In this document: one piece after another, positions 31,401 through 44,100 of the stretch | How positions within the stretch are numbered: the first letter of the stretch is position 1 | Layout of the letters: every line of letters starts with the position of its first letter | Assembly (NCBI GenBank): GCA_002633005.1 | Contig: NMRA01000123.1 | Span: 584,656-648,655, forward strand | Direction: 5' to 3' | Origin: Phoronis australis | Lineage: Eukaryota > Animalia > Phoronida | Length of the DNA stretch: 64,000 nucleotides | Translations under genes and position numbers: made by a program | The notes under the pieces: model-generated | Seen by the model: only the letters and a program-made list of their open reading frames with translations | Databases searched by the model: none | What the model was told of the DNA's origin: nothing

Positions 31401-33445
31401 TTCAGGTTCTCCTTTGGCCACAGAACCGGTCAGGGCAGAAGTTGTACATTGACAATCATTATTTGAATAATGTAAATGTAAATAAAGATTCTCCTAATAC
31501 CTAGCAGTGGGACAGAAAATCGAGTTATTGTTTCACAACATTTTCTGTCACCCAGCACTGAATGGGCTCACACGGCCTCGGTGTCCGGTCAATTAGTTTT
31601 CATTATTGCACCAAGCCGGTAACGCAGTGATTTATTCATTGCTGGCTTCTCAAATCATTTGCACTCACGAACACTCCAAAGGCATTACAAATTGCATATA
31701 ATGAGACAGAATTTGTTACAGTTTTATAAAAGTATTGTTTAGGGTGAGAATATTTCATTTTGAAACGGAACGCTCTGTAATAAACGTCAACATGGCAACT
31801 CGCAATTCCGACTTGGAGGAGTACTCATCTGACGAAGACTTCCCATGTAGATCGTTAGGTTTCTCACGATATCAGTTCGAACCAGAATGCACTGATCAAG
31901 AAATATTAGAGAGGCGCCGTGAACGTGCACAGACAATGGAGCCATATGGATAGTTCCGAAAACCGTCTCAATGAGTTGTCATGGTGTCAGTCCGCTAACT
32001 GCACCAAAACGATGTGCCCACTTTCCTCGCAGCTTCATAGTTCGCACAAGCGGGAATGACACACCACACCATGGCAGCACTCACTCTGCAGATGAACCAC
32101 TGACGTCGCTGCGGAGTTTATCACCTTCCTCACAGGTTAACGCGACACCTCTCGGCAAGTAAGGTCGACCGTGTACGAGCCGATGTGTTCAGAGACCGAT
32201 TAAGATGGTTAAGAAGATTTATTAAATCGGGTGGCATTGTCCTTTACGGAGCTGAGTCCAATCGGGCAATGGACGTACCCGACAAATTATCTCTAAATTC
32301 TAAATTCTGAATTCCAAATAGTATTAGACACGCTCTGTTATATTTTTAGTATGATCGTAAGTGGACGGTCTCTTGTACGCTGTTATGGAACCTTGTGGTG
32401 CAAGTCGGTCAGTTTCTAGTCCAAGTTTGTACGGTCACAAGATTCGAGCTACAAAGTCTCCACTAAAGCAATCCTTGCACAGATGTCTCTGGTCTACGGT
32501 GCTTTCTGACAGTTTGTCAGAACCCATACGTTGAGCATGACAAAGAACAAGCAACCTAGATACATTATGCTAATTTTCCACGTTTGGTTGGTCTGAGCAT
32601 GGTCACTAAAGAATTGAAAACCAACACTATTGATTTTGGCTTCGTGTCTGTTCTTGCACCGCACGTAAACTTCTAACTGTGTTCAAGACCATAAGAATTC
32701 GCCCGACATTTTGATTCTCGACGAGCGGTTTTTGTCCTGGCCATAAGCAAAGAGAGAAGAAGAATCTTGGTTATTTTTGCGCTCCAAACCATCTGCTATA
32801 CTCCGAATGCATGTTGGTTAACTTCAGTCTTTTTGGTCAGTTCAGACAACATCCAAAAGCATCCGATGTTTTTCTATTATATTTTCGGTACACAGATAAA
32901 TAAGATTCAAGTTTGTTTCTTAAGACAGGACGATTCAGAACATTACTGTCATTACATGTTGCACAGTTCCTAACAAATGTTGCTTAAAGACAATTATCAA
33001 CGGTCATAAAACCAAATGTAAAGGGATAGCCATTGAAATTGAAAGTGTCCAGACTATTGCAAAGTAGCCATTATGAAATGTTTTACAAAAACTCGATGTT
33101 TAAAAACAGTCCATGTAACCTCGCGGTTGTTGTGGTTTGCAGATTACCCAGCAACCTTTACTAACACGTCATAAATACTTGTTTCTCACGAATTGAGCAC
33201 AATTGCTATCATTACCCTGCTCGTGTAAGCGCAGAGTACTGTTGCTCCTGGGTTTTCTTCAATTTTATTCTTATTACTCTGCGCGTTCAAGCGCAGTTTT
33301 GCTGTTCTACGTATTTTATCTTTTTGTTATTACTCTGCGCGTGCAAGCGCAGAGTTTTACTGTTCTACGTATTTTATCTTCTTATTCTTGTTATTACTTT
33401 GCACGAGCAAGCGCAGTTTTACTGTTCTACTGTATGTATTTTATC

Positions 33446-33491
<46 letters not shown>

Positions 33492-35075
33492 ACTGCGCGT
33501 GCAAGCGCAGAGTTTTACTGTTCTACGTGTTTTATCTTCTTATTCTTATTCTTATTCTTCTTCCTTCCTTTTCAGATTGTTATTACTCTTACATTGAATA
33601 TCTTACAACAATCATATTCACTGTGATTGATACGATAGTTAAGGGATTTTTATTGATTTTGACCCAAAATGCACCGGAATGACCTGAAACAGGTCAAGAA
33701 GTGCATTCCGTCAAAATGCTTCTTCTTCTACAGGTTTTTATATAGACACTTTGAACTTTGTTAACAAGTAGGGACTAAGGAAGTGCATCAGAAACTTACA
33801 CGGATTTCCAATCGGATCAAGGAACTGAGTTTCCGGGTCAAAGGTCATTAAGTGCAAAAGTGTTTTGTGAGCTAGACCTTTCATAATCATGCATATGGTT
33901 ACCATCCATAAAGGAAGTTCAGTTACAAACTTTGGGTTAATTTTAGTTTTCTGTTAAATTTAAGACATATTCAATCAGCATTTTCTTAAATGATGCATTA
34001 GGGAGAGCATTTATATTCATGGTGGTTAAACCGATTGCCGATCAAATTCTATTGATTATATGGATGTGACTCAAAATGCACCGGATTGACCCGAAACAGG
34101 TCAAGGAATGCGTTTTTACAAAATGCTTCTACTACAGGTTTTAAGATAGACTCTTCCAATTTTGTTGACAAGTAGACNTGAAAAGAACAAGCAACCTAGA
34201 TACACTATGCTAATTTTCCACGTTTGGTTGGTCAGAGCATGGTCACTAAAGAATTGAAAACCAACACTATTGATTTTGGCTTCGTATCTGTTCTTGCACC
34301 GCACGTAAACTTCTAACTGTGTTCAAGACCATAAGAATTCGCCCGACATTTTGATTCTCGACGAGCGGTTTTTGTCCTGGCCATAAGCAAAGAGAGAAGA
34401 AGAATCTTGGTTATTTTTGCGCTCCAAACCATCTGCTATACTCCGAATGCATGTTGGTTAACTTCAGTCTTTTTGGTCAGTTCAGACACCATCCAAAAGC
34501 ATCCGATGTTTTTCTATTATATTTTCGGTACACAGATAAATATGATTCAAGTTCGTTTCTTAAGACAGGACGATTCAGAATATTACTGTCATTACATGTT
34601 GCACAATTCCTAACAATCGTTGCTTAAAGACAATTATCAACGGTCATAAAACCAAATGTAAAGGGATAGCCATTGAAATTGAAAGTGTCCAGACTATTGC
34701 AAAGTAGCCATTATGAAATGTTTTACAAAAACTCGATGTTTAAAAACAGTCCATGTAACCTCGCGGTTGTTGTGGTTTGCAGATTACCCAGCAACCTTTA
34801 CTAACACGTCATAAATACTTGTTTCTCACGAATTGAGCACAATTGCTATCATTACCCTGCGCGTGTAAGCGCAGAGTACTGTTGCTCCTGGGTTTTCTTC
34901 AATTTTATTCTTATTACTCTGCGCGTTCAAGCGCAGAGTTTTGCTGTTCTACGTATTTTATCTTTTTGTTATTACTCTGCGCGTGCAAGCGCAGAGTTTT
35001 ACTGTTCTACGTATGTTATCTTCTTATTACTCTGCGCGTTCAAGAGTAGAGTTTTACTGTTCCACGTATTTTATC

Positions 35076-35127
<52 letters not shown>

Positions 35128-38100
35128 ACTGCGCGTGCAAGCGCAGAGTTTTACTGTTCTACGTATTTTATCTTCTTATTATTACTCTGCGCGTTCAAGC
35201 GCAGAGTTTTACGGTTCTACGTATTTTATCTTCTTATTCTTGTTATTACTTTGCACGAGCAAGCGCAGTTTTACTGTTCTACTCTACGTATTTTATCTTA
35301 TTATTATTATTATTACACTGCGCGTGCAAGCGCAGAGTTTTACTGTTCTACGTGTTTTATCTTCTTATTCTTATTCTTATTCTTCTTCCTTCCTTTTCAG
35401 ATTGTTATTACTCTTACATTGAATCTCTTACAACAATCATATTCACTGTGATTGATACGATAGTTAAGGGATTTTTATTGATTTTGACCCAAAATGCACC
35501 GGAATGACCTGAAACAGGTCAAGGAGTGCATTCCGTCAAAATGCTTCTTCTTCTACAGGTTTTTATATAGACACTTTGAACTTTGTTAACAAGTAGGGAC
35601 TAAGGAAGTGCATCAGAAACTTACACGGATTTCCAATCGGATCAAGGAACTGAGTTTCCGGGTAAAAGGTCATTAAGTGCAAAAGTGATTTTTGAGCTAG
35701 TCCTTTCATATTCAGTCACAAAAAAGTTCAGTCACAAACTTTGGGGTCATTAGGTGCAACTTTGAGGTCATTAAGTGCAGTTTTCTCTTAAATTTCAGAC
35801 TTTTTCAATCTGCTCGTTCTTATATTATCCATTATCGAGAGGGTTCATGTTCATCGTGGTTCAAGCACTTGGCAATGCAATTCTATTGATCAATTGGATT
35901 TGACTCAAAATGCACCGGAATGACGCGAAACGGGTCAAAGAGTGCATTCCGTCAAATGGCTTCCACTTCTACATTTTTAGATAGACTCTCCGAATTTTGA
36001 TAAGAAGCAGATACTAGAGAAGTGCACCCGAAATTTATGTGGAGTTAAAATTGCATAAAGGGAACCGAGTTTCCGGGCAAAGGTCATTAGTGCAAAAACA
36101 TCTTTGAGCTAGAGCTTACATAATCGGGTATATACTTTTCATTCGTAAAGGAAATCCACTCACAACTTGTGGGTCATTTGATGCAATTTTCTGTTGATAT
36201 TCCTACTTTTCACTCTTGTTCTTCTTATTCTTATTCTTCCTTCCTTTTCAGATTATTACTCTTGCATCGATTCCTTAACAACAATCATATTCATTGTGGT
36301 TGATACGATAATGAAATTACTTTTATTGATTATAATATTTTCATTCAAAATTCACCGGAATGACCCGAAATAGGTCAAGGAGTGCATTCCTTTAAAATGC
36401 TTATTCTTCTAGAGGTTTTTAGATAGACTCTTTGAATTTTGTAAGTAAGTAGGCGATAACGAAGTGCATCCAAAATTTACCTGGATTTCCAATCCGATGA
36501 AGGGAACTGAGTTTCCGGGTCAAAGGTCATTAAGTGCAAAAGTGATTTAGGAACTAGAACTTTGATAATCAAATATATGATTACCATTCATAAAGGAAGT
36601 TTAGTCACAAACTTTGAGGTTTCTAGGTGCAACTCAGGGGTCATTAAGTGCAATTTTCTGTTAAATTTAAGACATATTCAATCAGCTTGTACTTAAATTG
36701 ATGCAATAGGGAGAGCATTCATATTCATGGTGGCTCAACCAATTGCCAATCAAATTCTATTGGTCTCTTGGATTTGACTCAAAATGCACCGCAGTGACCC
36801 GAGACGGGTCAAGGAGTGCATTCCGTCAAGTTCCTTCTTCTTCTACATATTTTTAGATAGACTCTCCAAATTTTGAAAACAAACAGGCACCAGTGATCTG
36901 CATCCGAAATTTACTTGGAATTTAAATGGTATCAAGGGAACCAAATTTCCGGGTCAAAGGTCATTAAAAGAAAGAGTGAATTTTGAGCTAGACCTTACAT
37001 AATTACGTAGTGTTCATACGTAAAGGAAATTTTAAAGTCACCAACTTTGGGGTCATTAGGTGCACCTGTGGGGTCATTAGGTGCAGTTTCCATTGATATT
37101 CTTACTCTTCACTCTTGCGGGCTTTCATAGTTACCAGGGACATCTCCCTCTTTTTCACAAAAGATGCAATTTTTATGCAATGTAATGTTCCTATATTTCA
37201 CTATGCACGTGCATACACCACGCGCAGAGTTGTAAGTGCGCATACGCAATTGCATTCTAGTTACTCTGCGCGTTTACTGTTCTACGTATTTTATCTTCTT
37301 ATTCTTATTCTTATTGTTCTTCTTCCTTCCTTTTCATATTGTTATTTCAACTACATTCATTCATTTAGAACAATAATATTCACTGTAATTGATACGATAG
37401 TTAAGAGATTTATATTGATTACATTTTTGACCCAAAATGCACTAGGATGACCTGAAACGGGTCAAGGAGTGCATTTTGTCAAAATGCTTCTTCTTCTACA
37501 GTTTTTTAGATAGACTCTTCGAATTTTATTAACAAGTAGGCAATAGAGATCTGCATCCGAAATTTACTGGGATTTCCAATCGGATCAAAGGAACCCAGTT
37601 TCCGGGTCAAAGGTCATTAAGTGCAAAAGTGATTTTTGAGCTAGACCTTTCATAATCATGCATATGGTTACCATCCATAAAGGAAGTTCAGTTACAAACT
37701 TTGGGTTAATTTTAGTTTTCTGTTAAATTTAAGACATATTCAATCAGCTTGTTCTTAAATGATGCATTTATATTCATGGTGGTTAAACCGATTGCCGATC
37801 AAATTCTATTGATTATATGGATGTGACTCAAAATACACCGGATTGACCCGAAACGGGTCAAGGAATGCGTTTTTACAAAATGCTTCTACTACAGGTTTTA
37901 AGATAGACTCTTCCAATTTTGTTGACAAGTAGACACTAAAGATCTGCGTCCGAAATTCACTTGGATTTTCCAATCGGATGAAGGGAACTGAGTTTCCGGG
38001 TCAAAGGTCATTAAGTGCAAAAGTGAATCAAACTTTGGGGTCATTAGGTGCACCTGTGGGGTCATTAGATGCAGTTTCCGTTGATATTCTTACTCTTCAC

Positions 38101-41100
38101 TCTTGCTCTTTCATAGTTACCAGGGACATCTCTCTCTTTCTCACAAAGGATGCAACATTTATGCAATGTAGTGCCCCTATACTTCACTATGCACATGCAT
38201 TCACCACGCACAGAGTTGTAAGTGCGCATACGCAATTGCGTTCTAGTTATTATTCTTATTCTTCTTCCTTCCTTTTCAGATTGTTAGTACTTTTACTTCG
38301 ATTCGCTAACAACATTCATATTCACTGTGATTTATAGGTTCATCATTGGGTTTTTTCTAATTATAGTGTTTTGAACCAAATTGCACGGTGTTGACCCATA
38401 ACGGGTCAAGGAGTGCATTTTTACAAAATGCTTCTTCTACAGGTTTTTAAATAGACTCTTCGAACTTTGGTAACAAGTAGACACTAAAGATCTTCATCGG
38501 AAATTTACTCCGAATTCCAATCGGATGAAGGGAACTGAGTTTCCGGGTCAGAGATCATTAAGTGCAAAAGTGATTTTTGAGCTAGACCTTTCATCATGAT
38601 TAGTATGATTAAAATTCATAAAGGAAGTTCAGTCATAAACTTTGGGGTCACTAGGTGCAACTTTGGGGTCATTAAGTGCAGTTTTCTGTTGAATTTAAGA
38701 CTTTTCAATCAGCTTGTACCTGAATGATGCATTAGTTAGAGCGTTCAAATTCATGGTGGTTCAACTACATGTAATTGCCGATCAAATTCTATTGATTACA
38801 TGGATTTGACTCAAAATGCACCGGATTGACCCGAAACGGGTCAGGAGTGCATTCTGTCAAATTGCTTCTTCGACAGGCTTTTAGATAGATTCTCCCAATT
38901 TTGATAACAAGCAGGCACTTGAGAAGTCCATTCGAAATTAACTTGGAATTTAAATTGGATCAAGGGAACCGAGTTTCCGGGTCAAAGGTCATTAAGTGCA
39001 TCAGTGATTTTTGAGCTAGACCTTACACAATCACCTATATAATTTTCATTCGTAAAGAAAATTCAGTTACAAACCCTGGGGTCATTAGGTGAAACTCTGG
39101 GGTTATTAGGTGCAGTTTTCCGTTAATATTCTTTCTTTTCACTCTTGCTCTTTCATAGTTACCAGGGACATCGCTCTCTTTCACACAAAGGATGAAACTC
39201 CTATGCAGTGTAATGCGCCTATACTTCAATATGCACGTGCATACACCACACGCTGAGTTGTAAGTGCGCATACGCAATTACGTTCTAGTTCTTATTCTTA
39301 TTCTTATTCTTATTCTTCTTCCGACCAAATTTGAGGCTTAATAACTCCAAATTGGGTGCAGCTACGTTCCTTAAATTCCGCATATCATTTTTGACAGTAC
39401 ATCAATTTTGATTCGTTATATAATCATATTCCATATTGCACCGGAAGAGGTCATTTGGCGCAAAGGTCATATAATTTTCAAAATGCTACTCCTTTATTTT
39501 AAAGGCTATTTTTCAAATTCGGTACACAGGTATAAGTGAATAAGACAATTTAAAAAATTACTTTTCTAAGTAATCGGGTCATCCAATAAGGTTAAACAGG
39601 TCAACGGTCATTGGGTGCAAACTAAGATTTTGAGCTAGACACTTTAAATTCACAGGTCTGATTGGCACAGTTGAATTCGGAATCTAAAGTTTCAGGTTAT
39701 TTAGTGCAAACATGGGGTCATTAAGTGCATTTTTCTTCTGAAAGTTTGACCAATTCATTCATGTTGTATTCTAAAGTGCATAAAGTAAAACATTTGTGAC
39801 TCTTAGCATTAACCACACTTTTAATCGAGTTTACAATTATTCCCTCATCGGGGCTCATAATGCGCTGAAAGAGGTCAATTAGTGGAAAGGTCATCAAAAT
39901 ATTAACATGTAATTTCTCCTACAATTTTAAAGAATTCCTTTTCATATTGGTAAACGGGTTGCTGTCAGTAACTTCCCATAACAATTCCTTTAATACGCAC
40001 GCACAGAATCCATTGTCATGCCGTGACAATAATCTTTCTAGTTACGTTCTGTTGTGCACGATTGTTAGTGTTGCTATGGTAGGTGATTATATATGTTGAA
40101 GTTTCTATGAAAAGTGACATAACGTTTGCACATCCAACTCAAAATATAACTATTGTGACATGTTAAAAAGAAATTGCGATTATTTGCAGAATTTAATATT
40201 TCGCTACATGTGCTCAGGAGTCAAATATTTCCAAAACTAATGTTGACGGTAAATAATTAACTTTTGAGGCAAAAAACTCTTTGTGATTGAACAAAAACTT
40301 TACAAATCTTAATTTGTTTGGCATAAATGTGGTTACTGTGGGGGGGCAATTTCTAAGTAACCGTTCCTAAGAGTTAAATTGTCCGAAATTTTGTTACTCC
40401 TTGCTAAAAGTGATTGGCATTATTTTAAGTACCGCTGTTCGAGGTATCCTGGTTTTATCAACATCAGAGTATTTTTTCCCAGTTTAAATTTTCAGAAATG
40501 TTTCAATTACATGGCCAAACATTTTATGCAACTGTCGACTTTTTATAAAATTCTTAGCCTTCTTATTTTGATAGCCCCTCGTGCAAAAGACCAACATTTA
40601 ATCAGTAAGCAATTTCTGAGATATGATGTTCCAAAGACAGCCAAATTTGGACATTTTAGGGTCCTACACCCAGCGGGACATTTACAGGCTTTGCATGGTC
40701 TCCAGGCGAACTATCAGTTCTTCACAAAACAAACTTCAAAGTGTTTTGACTGTTGCGATGGTGACAAATGGTGTGCGATTTCTGATTGGATATAATAATT
40801 TTAGTTTATGTTATGCAGGAAATTGTGTATTCGTTATTAATACATACAGATACCATGTCGTTTCAGTCTGTTGGGACTACAATATCTGTGGACAGCGCAA
40901 AATAAACGTTGACGACGTGCTAGCAGGGAATATAACTAGTCCAAATTATCCGCGACCCTATGGAAACAGTCGCACGTGCACGATGATACTGGACGGAAGA
41001 AATAAACGAATTATGATCAGTACTATAAACGGTGAACAAAGTTTGCTAGAAAGATCTTCAATGAGAGGTTCATGTTACGATTACTTAGTGATCAAGGAGA

Positions 41101-44100
41101 ACAACAAAGAAATATCCGAGAGGTTTTGTGGCGATTTTACCGTCAACTACACTTCAGTTTCGAGCACAGTGACATTGTTATTCTACTCAGACACAACTAA
41201 AAGTGCTCAGGGATTCAAGGTTCGATTTCAAGGTAAGCTTGTAGTTTTGAATTGTGTACAATTATTTACAGAAACGGATTTGCAACGAATAACGATGAAC
41301 ATTCGGTGACGCCGCTAAAAGTATTCATACTCACAAGAAAAGTTTTCTGAGACACGTTCTAATAGTTCTTGTAATCTCAAAATACTTAACACAACAGAAA
41401 AAAGGGTTAAGGCAGGTACACCCTGTGTGTCACAGGCGACTGTGCAATAGTACATGTATACTCGTTTGCATTATACCACACGGGAAAAGGGAGAGGGTGT
41501 TTTCCGCCAGACGTAATTGTTGAAACCATCATGACCTCCCGCTACAGGGACCCAGCGCAACAGAAGTGGCATTGACGGGGGGAAGGCACATGGGTGGCGC
41601 ACCATAGGAGTCTGGGGGCTACAGCCCCCCTCCCCACTTTTTCCAGTGTTACGCCGCACGGTGCATCACAGGGGGCTGAGGGGGCCCATCCCCCATTTTT
41701 TCAGTGCTGCGCCGCCCATGAAGGTGGCACGAAAGTGGCCACGATCATTCACCTTGGGAGGTGCTATCTCAGTTTTACTACACATACAGATTCGCCAATG
41801 CGTGTGAATGTGGAATTTTGGTTGCATTGATGTAAACATGCAAGAGCGTTAACTAAGAAAATTTCTTTCACCTTTTATCAAATTAACAGTAAGGCCTAAT
41901 ATTTGAAGAGCAATAGTAGCGTTGGTGAGGAGCGATGCAGTGCAGTTTCACAATTTGTACTAGATTTGTTTGTTGACTGATACTGCACCTTGAATGATGA
42001 ATATCCAGAATTTTTCTAAACAATGTACTCGTCCTTTCTAGAACCTTGAAAAATTCGTGTATTCAACAGCAACCCTTATTGCCATAAAATCATAATTTGT
42101 AGAATGTCTCTCAACACTCCTGAATCAAACAAAAAAGTCTACCTACATCAGCAGAGATTTTATGTTTCGTCCAATGTTGTATTTTGCAGTAACAGACAAA
42201 TGGGTGTACGAGATGTGTAAACACACGGACACAGTCACGACGTCGGAAGGGTACATAGTGAGTGAAAACTATCCTTCGAACTACGAGAACAATAAAGATT
42301 GCTTCGTAAATGTAGCTGCACGAGAAAACGAGTTATTGCATTTGACTTTCGAATACATCAACTTGGAATGGTCGCGTCGGTCCGGCTGCTCTGACTGGGT
42401 AGTGATAAACGATATCGGGTTTCTACACCCACTTTCTCTATTGCCCAAAACATGCAGATCTACCGACTATCCAATAAAGGTGACCTCGTCGTCAAACAAG
42501 GTCGAAATAAAATTTAAAAGTAACTATAAGAATACCAAGGACGGCTTCAGGGTCACTTACACGGGTAGGTATTTTGTATTACGTACATGTATCACCTGCT
42601 CTTCACTCAAGGCCAGCTTTAGTTCGTGGTTTTAAATCGTTCCTTGAATTTATGTCTGAAACCGATTTAGGCCTAACGACGATGGGCATGAGTGTTGTTC
42701 TGAATAACGTTGTGCTATGTGCCCTAAGTTTTAACATCCGCAGCGGCTGTAGTTTTTAAATTTATGTAGCCTTTCAATACTGCCACAAAGCTAACAATAG
42801 TATAAAGTGCACTCTTAAGCCGACTATAAGTACAATGTAGCCATGCGTGGTGGTGAAAAACGAAGCTACGCGCGCATTTTGGTGCAACTGGCCTTTTGCA
42901 AAATTTTAACACGTTGAGTTCTTTGAATGTACGATACATGCATGGTGATAGGTTATCATGTCTGTCAGGGGCATACGCTGACCTTGTTAGCATCAAATAG
43001 GTCTGACGAAGCAAAACGTAAGTTGTATGCTATAGTCCAGTCATTCTACGGATAACCCGGAAAATTTTGCAACAGCAAGTTTTATTGCATAAATCGTATC
43101 CTTTCACACCGCTTAGTGGGAAAAAAGTATACCGGAATTGGAGTGGCGGAAGTTGGTTTTTCAAGACAAAATGTCCGCCAGATTTTCTGATCCTCACTAT
43201 AACTCAAGAGTGGAATGTGATAGAGTAAAAATTCAAAAAGGTTCACCTATGTTTTGTGGGTCAGCAAACCCATTGGAAATGGTTTTGCATGGCTGTGGTG
43301 ACACCGTACGCCATTTTCCAAGATGGCCGTCAAATCTACTTGAGTCGCACAACTTCGCAAGAACAGATTAGTGTGTCGTCTTGCTTCAAGCATCGCATCA
43401 TAGGTGTTCTGGGTCGACTAATCCATTGAGACTCATTGCATTTGGCAATAATGATTACTTCCACCATTTCCAAGATGGCGGAAAAAATCGCCGCCAGATT
43501 TGCAGATGATCATTATAACTTGAGAGTGGAATGTGATAGAGTAAAAATCTTTAAATGTTTACCTATCTTTTGTGGGTCAACAAATCCATTGGAAAAGTTT
43601 TGCATGGCCGTGGTGACACCATCAGCCATTTTCCAAGATGGCCTCCAAAACTATTTTGAATCGCGCAACTTCGCACAAACAGATTAGTGTGTCGTCTTGC
43701 TTCAAACATTGTATCGTAGGTTTTCTGGGTCGACTAATCCATTTAGACTCATTGCGTTTGGCTCTAATGATTACTTCCACCATTTTCTACGATGGCCACC
43801 AAATAGTTGCTTCGTGTAAGGACTTCAGATTCCAGAGGCACGCCATATTCTGAGTTTTTAGTTCAGCACGTCCATTACAATAATTTTTGTCTGGCTCTTG
43901 ATGATTACGACTACCATTTTCAAGATGGTTTAACGAATAACTTATTTGGGTCAAAACATCAGGGCCCGGTCTCCAATCTCCGTACTCAGACTCATACTCA
44001 TACTCGAGATTTCATACTCAAAATCGTGCTCACTGGAGTCGTACTCAAAAAAGCGTATCTAATGTCGGATTTCGAGTAGACTCCAAACGTACTCAAATCT

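Noticed and set aside
33210-35345. Repeated palindromic ~30-bp units with spacers, superficially CRISPR-like
   Set aside because: The spacers are themselves repeated or microsatellite, the context is eukaryotic, and there are no cas genes; these are Helentron 5' hairpin modules
33203-35507. ORFs with poly-Leu, poly-Tyr and poly-Ile runs
   Set aside because: Translations of (TAT)n/(TTCTTA)n microsatellites and hairpin modules of the HINE repeat
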